From: Gekko japonicus
Taxonomy: Eukaryota
Direction: 5' to 3'
Assembly: GCF_001447785.1 (NCBI RefSeq)
Contig: NW_015164664.1
Span: 588,274-652,273, forward strand
DNA length: 64,000 bases
In this document: in pieces, positions 36,001 through 48,000 of the stretch
How the letters are laid out: each line of letters starts with the position of its first letter
Numbering within the stretch: the stretch's first letter is position 1
Program-made: the position numbers and the translations under genes
The notes under the pieces: generated by a model
The model's database searches: none
Told to the model about the DNA's origin: nothing
What the model saw: only the letters and a program-made list of their open reading frames with translations

Positions 36001-39000
36001 CCTTTTAGATTTACCATCTGCTGGCTGCTTCATGATTCTAGATTCAGTGGGTGGTCTCACAGTGCCACCTTGAACTCTCCTGGCCTTTACTACCAAACTG
36101 CCCCATAGTATAATGTTAACACACTCCATGGGGGATGGCTGTATTTGGAGGCAGCAGTTTGTCCCAAATGCTAAACTCCCATTTTGTTCAACCTAAACTG
36201 GTCATTTATTTTGTGTAGCAGAAACCAAGGGGGGAAAAACACCGAACCTAACAATGAACTCCAAAACCAAGCAAAGGTTAGTGAAAAGGAGGGCCAATAT
36301 TAAAACCTTTCCATAAAAGATAAAAAGAGGTACATGTATTTATTAATAATAATAACAAATTTTAAAACATATATAGAGGCCCATTTACAACCAATGTATA
36401 TAAAATATAACAATATCAAGGGCTTACAAAGTTGACCTTACGCGTTTCGGCCAAATACGCCTTCCTCAGAGGTCATACATATGTGGCAAGATGGTTAATA
36501 ATTATTTTCACATTTTTACTTATGAATGCTGTGGCAACACAATCAAAGAAGGAAATTTTTGGACCACAAGTTTATAATCACTGGGCTAGTGATTGCACTT
36601 TAAAGGTCTTATGTGCATATTTACCTTATGCCTGGTGGTTTTACTTTTGAACAATTTACTTTATGGTCCTCATTGAATCTATACTTTGTATATATTTCTG
36701 ATTGTGTTTATGTGAAAATAATTATTAACCATCTTGCCACATATGTATGACCTCTGAGGAAGGCCTATTTGGCCGAAACGCGTAAGGTCAACTTTGTAAG
36801 CCCTTGATATTGTTATATTTTATATACATTGGTTGTAAATGGGCCTCTATATATGTTTTAAAATTTGCTATTATTATTAATAAATACATGTACCTCTTTT
36901 TATCTTTTATGGAAAGGTTTTAATATTGGCCCTCCTTTTCACTAACCTTTGCTTGGTTTTGGCATTTATTTTGTGTTCCACTGCAAATGGCTGGTCGTAG
37001 CCTTTGAAGCTGTTAATGTTGGGAGGAGCTGTAGGGCTGCCCCCTTTCCCAGAGGCTTGCCCAGGCACCAAGGTAATCAATAGAGGTCCTTGTCTGCACC
37101 CCCAGTTCAAAGTACAGTCAACAGCTACAAGAGAGAAGGGAAAATTCTCTAGACTGGTGCTACAGCTGCAGAATTCCCCAACCTCAATTCTCTTTCTACT
37201 ATGCACTCAAGGAGAGCCTTTACCGGCTACCAAAGAGTATTTATGGACTGTTTTTAGGGGTATGCTTTGGGCTTTCATGCAAGTTTTAAACTGTAAATGA
37301 ATTTTATTAACTGTGAATTTTGTAAATGGTTCTCTTTGATGTACACCACCCTGAGCCCGATTTCATAGGGGAGAGCGGTTTAAAAATCTAAGTAAATAAA
37401 CAAACTAGCGGTTTTAAATAAGGCTGGAAAAGAACAGATTGATGATTTTTCTTGCATCTTCTTTGCATTGTTTTATTCTAATGTGGTGCCACTTTAAACC
37501 AACCTAGAGGGTCCTTTCTGAATGGAAAGGTGGGATATTAAATGCCATCGTCCACTTTAAAGTCACAGCAAACAATGCTGTTTCCTCAGCAGCTGGCCCA
37601 CCAGGCTGGGGTGGGGGCAGAACTCACCTTGCGGATGGCACGAGGCAAATCTTGGTCAGTGGATACATCCTCTGGGCCCACCAGGCCACAGTCAAAGAGG
37701 AAATCCACGCTGGGATTAATGTCCAAGGGGTCTGGTGGGGGGAACAAAGAAAGAGGGTCAGCAATATAACAGGTTTCCCAGCTGCATGTGGCCCTCAAGG
37801 CCTTGGCTTACAAGCTCCACTGTACATGCAGAGTGAAGCACTGCCCATCACACACACATCCACCGTTCCTTCTTTCCCTGGTGGGCACTGACCCAGACCA
37901 CACCAATCCTAAAGACCGGGAAAGAGAGCAACTAGCCAGTCATTGGCCTCTCTCCCTTCTTCTTGTGGGCTCTGCAGGTCACAGCTACATGCCCATCTTC
38001 TGCAGGAGGCTTTAGAGGCAATGCCAGTTACTCTTTCTGGGGTGAGGGGCTGTTAGCCAGGGTCCATGAATTTCCCTCCCTGTACCTCCTCCTCCTTCAG
38101 GAGAGGCTGGTGCTCCACGCCCTCAAGCCCAGTGGCCCCAGGCCACTGTTACCCTTACTTTTGGGGAAGTCAGCTTCCAAATCCTGACCCGGCTCATCTA
38201 GCACATTTGCCATCTTGACCGCCATGGCCAACACATCGTCTCTTGCTGGCCCAAACAGGTCACAGTCCTCCAAAAGGCCCTCGGCACTCTGGTTGCTCAC
38301 CAGGTCTGTGAACACATAAATAGGTCAGGCAGCTGCCCCTTAGTAGTGTCTCTGGAAGAGTCCTCACAGACAAGATGATAGTCAGAGACACTCCAGATGA
38401 ATGGTTTCTGCCTACCAGACCACAGAGCTAGAAATGAGTGAAAAGTTTACCCTGCAAGCACGGAAAAGACTATTTCTAATTCCTAAGGACCAGCATGAAT
38501 GTATTAGGAGCAAGGGAGGAACATCCTTTACTGGGGTGCTTGCTGCTCTTGACAACCATCTAATCCCTGTCTTCAGCACCTTTATTCCTTTTTCTCCTTA
38601 TGCTTCAAGCAAAATTATTTGAACACAGGAGTCTTGAAAGCAGGTGAACAGACAGTAAATGGTTAATGCTGTAACCCGGTCTAAGAACCTTGAGTAACAG
38701 AGGATTCAAATGGAATTCTGCAGTTGAGAGTGGCAGTTAGGAGTGGCAGTGGACAGTTGACAGTGAACAGTGAGAGCAAAGCAGACTGTGAAAGGATCAA
38801 GAAGGATTCTGAGTTAGGGAAGTGGGACACATAACCCATCCCTATCAAGACTGAGGGAAATAGCTCCTAGAAGAGGGGGATGATCCCTAGTCTGTGGATA
38901 AGAAAGAAAACTGGAACTTGTGTGAATGTTCCTGACTGCACCAACTTTAGTGTCTGTGAGACCAAGAAGCTTATATTGGTTTCTATAAGCAGAGACTGCC

Positions 39001-42000
39001 AAGAAATCTCTCTCCTCAAGTTTTAAAGACTGTCTAAAAAAAGAAACAGCTACTTGTTTGCGACAAATTATTTTGTGTTTATTTGTATATAAAGTTACCT
39101 CATTCCTGTTGCCTGTACACCTCATAAATCCTAAACCTGATTCCTACCTGACCATTTCCCATCAAAGTGAAATAAAACAGTTTGTTAGTTTTGACTGACC
39201 ATCAGCCTTTCATGTGCCATTATCAAACAAGGATAAAAAAAGGATTTTAGTCTCTACCCTCAGTTCCCAAGGCTGGGTCAGCATTTAACAATATACGTTC
39301 AAATGACTGTGTGAGACAGCCAGAGAAAAATAAAGAAGAAAAAGGGAATGCTCAGCTAAGAACAAGATAAAGGGAACTCCTGTGAGGGAGGGTGAACTCA
39401 TCATAGCAGAGTTCTCCAACAACATCGTAATCAAAGGGACATACATAGAACAAACATATACAAAGCACAAAGGCTCTGTTTTTAACACGTAGGTTGAACA
39501 GAGGCAGCACTGCGCAGAACTATTGCTCATTTTCTCCCTTTTGACTTGAGGGGGTGACAAAAGTTCAGGCAGCTGTGGCTATGAGCAAGACTGTCCCAGG
39601 ACTTACCACAAAGGTCTGATGAGGCCTTGTCCAGCTCCTCTGCTTCTGCTATCATCTCAGCCATAGCCAGGATGTCAGCTTCCAGGGGGTTGGATGGGAT
39701 TTTCACCTTCAGTTCCTCTATAGTCTCTACAATCTTCTCCGTGCTCTCCAGTGTGGTGGGCAGGAACATTGGCACAGGCACCTACAAATGACGGATAACA
39801 CATCAAAGGGTCAGTGGACCAGGAATGTATAGTCTGTACAGAACAGGAGAAGGACAGGTTCACGCTTACCGGGACAGGCATGGAGAAAGGCACAGGTATT
39901 TTCTGGCAGTACATGTTCATAGGCACAGGCACAAAGATCGGCACAGGGATGGGTAGCACAACCACCTGGGGCTTCCAGTCAGCCTCTGTCAGGATCAAAT
40001 AGCAAGCCATTAGCCTTCCCTGCACCTGAGGGAGGACTCTTTTCCCCCGCAAAGAATCTGGAGGGGCCTTACAGCCATTTAGTCTCTGGTCAATGTAGAG
40101 AATCCACAGCTAGGACAGTGCATTCTCCTCTTCTACAGACTAAAAGGATACCCCTTCAGTCTTTTCTCACAGGACATGTCTTCCAAATCCCTGACCAGCT
40201 TTGTTGCCCTCTTCCAGTTTGTCTACATCCTTCTTAAAATGCATTGCCCAGAGCTTAACATGGTACTCCAGGTGAGGCTTGACTGTATTGCATTCATGGC
40301 TTTCCCGAGCAGAATGAGTCCTTGCTCTTGAGAGTTTGTGGGAGTGTGGGTCAGGCTGGATGTCCTCCCACCCACCCCAACCTCTGAACCACCCTATGTC
40401 ACTCCAATTAACTCTACTGCAAACAGAGAGCAGAAGCAAAGAAGGGGAGCCCAGGGTGCTCAAGAAAGCCAGCCTCTGCTGAAGACTCGTCTGCATGGCC
40501 ACAGCTCCCTACAGAGCAGAAGTCAAAGCCCTTGGGAAGCCCAGCTGACCTCCCCTTGCCCTGTCTCACCTGTCTGACAGCCCTTGGACTTCGTTTCTAT
40601 CTTGCAGGACACCCCCCGGTTCTGCATGAGAGGCTTGCACATGGCAGCTTTGTTCTTCCGTGGTGTGACCGGCTGAGACGGCGGAGGGGCAGCCGGTGTG
40701 GCTGGGGCAGAAGTGTTCTTTGCAGGCACCTGCGAAGGCATGGATCCAGACAGAACAAGCATCAGCAGTTGGTGCAGAGAGAGATCCTAGCATCTTCTTC
40801 GGCAAACCATGCTTCCATATGGCCGGAATCAGACTGCAAATAAAGCAGGGCTCTTTCCACCCTCCTCCCACCAAGCCTCTGAGCCTGGATCAAACTGACA
40901 GCCGCCTCCCACCATGAAGCAGGCCAGCAGGCAGCTGCACTCTCTAAACCACTGACTCACCGTGTTGGTCTCTGCTTTGGGGGTAGTGGAAGAGGGCTGT
41001 TTTGGCTCAGGGGTCTGACCTGAAAGGAAACATTTCAGAGATAAGGTCCTTTTTCACTGGTCGTGACCTGCCCAAGTCTGGAAGGCAGGAAATCCTACAG
41101 AATAGCTTACACTTGCTAACAGGACAATGGAGCTGTGGCCATGTCCCTGACTTCTGAATTGGGGGGGGGGGAAGAGCTGTGCTTGTGCCAGCCCATCCCC
41201 AGAGTTAATGCCTGACCTGTGTGTGGAGAAACCTAGGCAAGGCGTTTAGCAGGGCTCAGGAGCAGATTCACAATCCTGATTTTGCAGTGTGGGGAAAACA
41301 GGCAAAAGGAGCCCTCCCTGTCTAGTGAACCTCTTCTCATCCATCCTCAACATTTCAAGTGGAGAAGCCCATAGCTGCTGCTCACCTGATCCTGGTTGGA
41401 AGTGGGGGCCAGAGAGAAAGAGAAGAAAACAAAAAAAGATAACAGGGTGGTCTAAGTCAAGACAGATGTAAGGGCTGGAGGCATCGGTGCCTTACCCAGC
41501 CACTGCCTTGGGCTTTCTCAGGATGACCCACTGTACACATGTGAAAACTCATCAGTCCGGATTGTGTCTACCCCTGCTGTTTTGCACAAGCTCAAAAAAA
41601 AAAAGAGTATAAATTGTGAATCGAGTACTCTAAGAACAAAAATGTCCTTAAAAAAAGAAAAAAAGAGTTCCCAGACTTATGCCTAACAAACATTGCACAA
41701 TTTATACTGCAGTCACAGAATTCAGCCTTTTCACTACGGCAAAGGTCTTCATTTCTAAGCACAGCCAGTCCTGACTAGCTGAGAAGGTCTGAGGGTGCCA
41801 CACACGGACTGCCGACTGGTGCACAGAAGTTCCGCTCGGGGCAGGGTGGGGAGGAATGGCGCAGACCAGATCCCGACACAGCAAACAAGGCTTCTTCTGA
41901 ACGTGATACACCCAAGTGATCCTGGTGCGTTGCTTCCTTGCCCATTTCCCAGCATGGGACACTGGTACCCACCAGGTCCTCTGGCAACACCTGGGCCGGC

Positions 42001-45000
42001 TGCACCTGACGCAGGCACGAGAGGCCATCTCCAGCACGACAGGCCATGTCTACTGCAGGGGCACCATCCCTCTGCTAGGAGCCCCTGGGTCTCCCGTCCC
42101 AGAACTGACCTGGCCCAATACTGCTTAGCTTTTGATTCTGGGGAGAGGAACAGGAGGGTGAGAGCTGGCCCTGGCACTCCAGGCCAAGCCTGGCCCTCCA
42201 CACAGAACTCTCCGCTGGAGAACGGAGCCACCCATAGCAGCCATATCGGAGCCTCCCTGTTAAGAACGGGAGTTACAGGCAGCGCTGGTACCGGCTCCTC
42301 CCGGCTGGCTGGCCCTGTGTGTCATAGAACCAGAGAGGTTAGCAATGGAGGGAGGGAGGGAGGGAGGCGGGGGCAATCCTGCGCGGTCCCATCCAACCCA
42401 CCCACAGGGGCCAGTGCAGAATCAGTCCCTAGCAGCTCTAGCAGTCCCCCCTTGCAGTCAAGCTCCCTGCCGCTTTGGGCTAGCCAAAGCACTGGGCTAC
42501 TCACTGTTCAGCAAAAACAGGCCCTTTCTGTTTGTCTAAGTTAGGCTGATTCTGTTGGTTGTAAAAGCGCAGCAGACACTGCTGGTTGCAGAAGTGTTTG
42601 ATTTGCCCTCGCCAGTGGATGGTTTCCAACAGCTTCCCTTGGCGTTTGCAAGCGTGGCACCGAGCTGCCTAAAACCCGCAACAAGAGGGACAAAGAGACA
42701 GTCAGCCACAAAGTCCTCTGCAGAGCACAGGGCATGGCTGGCAGTCAGCGTAGCATGGGATCTCCTGGACCACGGGGATTCTGTCTTTCTTGGTACATAA
42801 AGAGAAAAAATTCTAGGTCTCCGGGAATGAGGAATTATAAAAGGTCATGCAGTTGCTGTTACAGCCCACCCCCCAAGAGGGGATTTGAGAGGCTAACTCC
42901 CAGCCTTCTCCTTTTCTCCCTTCTCCACGGCCCTCACCCTATGGCATTATTCACCCCACCTGGTCAGACCGAGCGCCACCCTCAAGCAAACCACTACCGC
43001 TTCTGAGCAAGGTGGAAAGCAAGTTTGACTGTTTCGTGTGCCTGACTTGCCGAAGTTAATCCAACTTCCCACAACGCAGGGTTCTAATTGCCAGCAAACT
43101 AAGGTCCCGATAAAGGAGACTGGAGCCCCTGCCAGAGAGCCGCGATAGAGACCCAGCAAGACGGCAAACCCAGAGATCACCCCCTACCCACCTCACCCAG
43201 GCTCTGGGACAGAGCTGCCCATCGACTGACCTTGAAGTACCACAGCAGGTATTTGCTTTTGCAGTCTTCGCTGCAAAAGTCCCAGGTGCTGCCCTCAAGC
43301 TGCTCGGTGACAGCCCGCTGGCACGTCTGGGAGCAGTAGGTGCAGGTGATGCAGCAGAGGCCCAGGTTCTTGGTGAAATCCTGTTTATAAAGAAGCACAC
43401 ACCCTGCGGAGAAACAACATGGGTGAAACCTTCCCGGGGGGGCACGGCGGGCCCCCTCACCGCAGCAGGGAACCCAGAGGCGAGCACAGCTTGGAGGAAC
43501 AGCAGAGCACAGCGGACGCAGAGGCAGCCTGAAAGCAACAATCCTGCACTGGCCCCCAAGGTGGGACTGAAACCGGGAGGGACTCGCCATCGCTCACCTC
43601 TCTGGTTCTAAGCAGAGTTTACTCCGAATGACCTTCGGCCCAAGCCCACCACATGCAAGGACCTGCAAGGCACAGCAAGGCCAGCTGGTGCTGGGGGCAG
43701 GCTGCAGCCGTGCAAGGCGGCCTCCTCCGGCACTCTCTGGGCAGCCAGGCCCCAGCGGGACCGCCCTCCACCCTCCTCTCAACCCCAACTTCCCTCTGCT
43801 ACTGGGCCCCTTTCCTCCTCTCCGCCAAAGGACTGTGTTTAGCCCAGGTCCGGCTCGTGCTCTCCCCAGGTACCTTCGCTGCAAAAGTTCTTCTCCACCC
43901 CCGAGAAGCGGATCTTTTCGTGCAGAAGCTTCTCCTGCTTGCAGTATTCGCACTGGGACACCACCCCATGCAGCCGCTTGAAGTCCTCACAGCAGTCTCT
44001 GCAGCAGAACTGGTAGACCTTAACTGACCACACCAGGACGGGACTCCAGCAGCAGAGAAGTGGGGCCAACTGGATTCTTACTGTCTTTCTGAGGACCAGT
44101 GGCAGACCTGGGCACCCCCGTTTCCCAGAACAAAATCTGCCCACCCCTTCTCTGCGCAGAGAGAGCAGATCTGAGGGGAAGCTATCTCCTGGACTGTCCA
44201 AACAGCTGCACAGTCCAGGAATTGTTCCCTTCCTTCCTCCCCTCCCGGGCAATTTCTTTGCCTCCTGACTGCAACCCCCTCACCTGCCAGTCCAGGATCT
44301 CGGGCTTCCCAGTGAAGAGGTTGTGGCAGGAATGGCAGGTCAAGTGGATCCCACCTTCTGGACTGGTGCGCTGCATTTTGAGGGAAGGGGAAGGGGAGAA
44401 AGATTCAGAAGGGGGCACAGGATCACCTATGCCCACTGTGCCCAGCTTGGAGTTGCCTACCCAGCCTCCTGTTTGCTCTCAGAGTGCCCAAGTTTCCAGA
44501 CTCACATCCACCAAGTGTTGTTGCCCTCCCTCCATAGTATACACCATATTTGTTCCCACCTACCAGGCCTAGATCCACCCTGACCCCCCCCTCCCGCACA
44601 CTCCTCCTATGCCCACAACCTACTGGCTGTAGACACAAGCCCTCCCACCTCCCCTTTCCCCACCACTGAGGGTTGACTGAACCCTATTCCCTAAGGAGGG
44701 GGACAGTAATCGGCAGGCACCCCACACAGGTTCTTCCCAGGGGACGTCCAGCTGCTGCAGCTGCTCCTGGGAGGGAACAGGGTTTGGCCATGGACAATGG
44801 AAGTAAAAGACCAACAGTCTGCGAGTAGAATAAATTATGCAAATCACACAAATGTTATTTGACTGATTTATTGGACAGCAGACACAAACTCTCTTCAGCA
44901 TCAGCAGAAGTAGAAACAGTTTATTTGAGACAATTACCCTCACGATAGATCAGACATTATATATAAATATATAATAAGCTAAGAATTAGCTAAGCGAGCC

Positions 45001-48000
45001 TCACCCTCACCCTCCCCAACCCATCTCTGGCTATTGGCTGAACTGCTGTGATATCAGAGTGTTCACAAACATTGCAAAAGATATGATCATAGAATGCTGC
45101 TTGGGGCAGGATAAAGGTAGGGAACTTAACTCTGGGACAGGAGAGGGTGAGTAAAACAGGGAGGTGTGATGACTGGAAGAAAGGGCAGCAAAGGGCTAGA
45201 AAAATGGGAAAACCTGACACTGAGGAGTTAAGGGGTATGTGCTTTTAGTAACAAATGGTGCCAACAGACAGGCAAGAAGAGCTAAATTTTATACACAGGG
45301 CATGGAGCTCTGTCTTAAGTGCAAGAATGCAGATCAAGGCGAGATAGGACTCATATGACTTTGGGAGAGCACGGGCAACTTCAAAGAGTGATACAGCCCT
45401 TCCCCTTCTCCATCTTCTTTAGCCTTAGAGTTATTAGCAGACACAACCTTCACCTTCCAAAGCTTTTAACAGCAAACAATAACAGCTAGAAGCCTTTTTT
45501 TTTTTAAAGATTATGAAAGCAGAGACTTTCAGGAGTCTGATGGATGCACCAGATCGCAGCCATGCAGAAAACCCACGTTCCTGGGTTTGGTCCCATCACT
45601 GTGACGGTGGCAGAGCCTCCGTATGTACCTGGAATTTGGTCCAGCAGCTGGGGCTGCAGAACTGGTACACCACCTGCTCATTCTTGTTGTAGTAGCAGGG
45701 CTCAGACAGACTCTTCCGGCAGAAGCTGCAAGGCCGAGGGGGTCCTGAGGAAAGGAAAGGCAGGAAAAGGGGCCAGGCTGGTGAGGGAGGACGTGTAGGA
45801 CTCCACCCCACCCCACACCCAGCTCAACATAAGGCCCACTGCCTGAAACTCAGCTTGGAATTTGTCCCCACCCAAGTCAGGATTCCTTCCAGAGCAAACT
45901 GTGGCCAACACCCAGACAGCAGCTCCTAACAACTCAGTTCTCCAGATCTAGGCCCCCTCCTGAGCAACCCTGGTAAGCCAGATTCACACCTCCAGAAGCC
46001 TGGCCCAGCTGCCAACAAATGGAGCAAGACGCCCCAGCAGAAGAGCTCCCAGCCTGACCCACGTGTTGCAGAGTGGCCCTTCTAGCACAGGTGGTGGTCC
46101 ATCTGCCTCCTGCTCTCCTTCCTCATGTGCAGGACACTCTTCCCCCACCACACAAATCCGCCGCAGGCAGCAGAACTGTAAGGGGAGTCCACGACCTCTT
46201 ACCTGTCAGGCCCGCTTGCTTGACTTTGTAGGATGTGGTGCAACAGATGGAACAGAAGAGGCCCATCTTGCCATTCCGGTCCTTGTGGGACAGCATGTCG
46301 AAGTTCTTGCAGAGCGTCTTGCACCACATGCATGGATATACCCGGGTGTTCTTCTGCAAAGAGAAAAGAGCAGAGTGGCTGCCAGGCGGTCCTAATCACA
46401 TCCCTGAGCCCTCTTTCCATCCTTTATTTTGCTCTGAACCTGCAACATCTTCAACTCTCACATAGGGCCAAACTGTCAGCCAAGCCAAGACATTCCTACA
46501 ACAGTTCCCAGGAGGACACTTGTGCACTGTTAAAGAAGGAAATGTGCAGCCCTCCAAGTGTCACAAGGGGTGTGTACGGATCCTTTCCGAGCCTTTTCTT
46601 CTGGATTACAAATGGAAGGCAGCCTCTCTGGTTTTGCAGGTCCCGAGAACTCCTCGCAGCAGACGACCTGAGAAGGGGATGGACTGGGGCTTGTGGCTCA
46701 CCGCAGTTCATCTGGGGCCTGACTCAGAGAGAGCCCTCTGCTTTCACCTTGGCTCAGAGGCCAGAGCTGTGTGGAGGTGCATCCCTGCCTCTGCCCAGCC
46801 TCACCTTCTTGTAGCTGTTGAGGCAGGTGGTGTTACAGAAGCGCTTCTGCTGACCCTCATGGAAGAGGTACTCCAATGGCATCCCCTTGTTGTAAAGGTA
46901 GGTACCGCAGTTGTCGCAGCAGTTAGTTTTCAGGCCCTTGGTGGCACGGAACTTGGTGAAGCAAGCGTCGCTGCAGATGCGGTGCACCACATTCCCATTG
47001 CTGACCTCGTGCTGAATCTGCAAACAAGACACAGTCATTCACAAGCAGAGGGGGCATCAGCAATGGTCTTCATCACCCAAAGGGTAACAGGTACTAGGCA
47101 TGATAGCTGGTAGGCCAGGAGGGATGGCAAGCTTTAGCCCCAGTGGGAGGGCAGGGTAGGAGAAGGCCAAGTAAGGGCTGAAGCCCAGCAAAGAAACTTT
47201 TGATAACCAGCATTAAAATCATATCCCACATTTGGAACCTAGCAGCTATGGCAGCTAGTCATTTGAGCCTACTGCATTTCACATCTCCATTGTCAGTAAA
47301 GCCCAGACAGCATTATTTTATTTATTAAATTTCTATTCCGCCCTTTCCCAAAGGCACAGAGTAGATCACAACTGTATATAAATGCATAACATATAATAAA
47401 AGATAATAAAATCAGATACTGGCCATTCATAAATGATCAATGAAATACACAAAAGCTAATGGGTGGGTGAGTTCCAGGAGGGCCGACAGACCAAGATCAG
47501 GAGAAGGCCACCCTGAACAAGACTGACTCGCAAGCCCTACGGAAGCTTGAAAGGTCCTGCAGACCTAATGTACACAATCAGGTGTTTCTTAAACTATAAC
47601 CAATTTAAAATTAAACTTAATCCAATTCTTAGCAAGCCTACTTCCTTCTCACATGGTACGTAGAACTCCTTTATAACCAACTCTTCTCTCCATTCCTTAG
47701 ATGCTCCTTTCTTCCTACTTGCTTGGAGGGCCTTGACAAAGTGGGATCTGCTCATGCAATCCACTCGCCAACACAGTTCCCCAAGTGTCACAGGGCATGT
47801 TACTCCATGGCTATCATTCTGGAATCTGCCTGACCAGAGTGTCCTTTTAACTCCAGCTGGCAGCAGCTCCCCAAGACCTCAGGCAGAAAGAAGTCTCTCC
47901 CCAGTCCTCTTAACCTGAGAACCTTTAACTGGAAATGCCAAGATTAAACCTGCAGTCTTCTGCCTGTAAAGCATGGACTCTGCCACTGAGCAATGCTACA

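Larger units (their letters stand above)
36217..36962. mobile_element. Penelope-like element insertion with inverted pLTRs (253-bp arms 36261-36513 and 36710-36962)
   Basis: Near-perfect inverted repeat, each arm holding a hammerhead motif; flanked by a 14-bp direct repeat catttattttgtgt (36203-36216, 36963-36976). Confidence 0.85.

Noticed and set aside
38490-39150. Possible second solo LTR in a ZMYM3 intron
   Set aside because: Composition is suggestive but I could not identify termini or a TSD
42110-42137. 28-nt cryptic micro-exon as a fix for the exon-12 frameshift
   Set aside because: In the shifted frame it contains TAA, and its length does not restore phase 1
41795-42544. 249-aa + strand ORF and overlapping minus ORFs
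   Set aside because: GC-rich intron sequence, low complexity, no homology recognised
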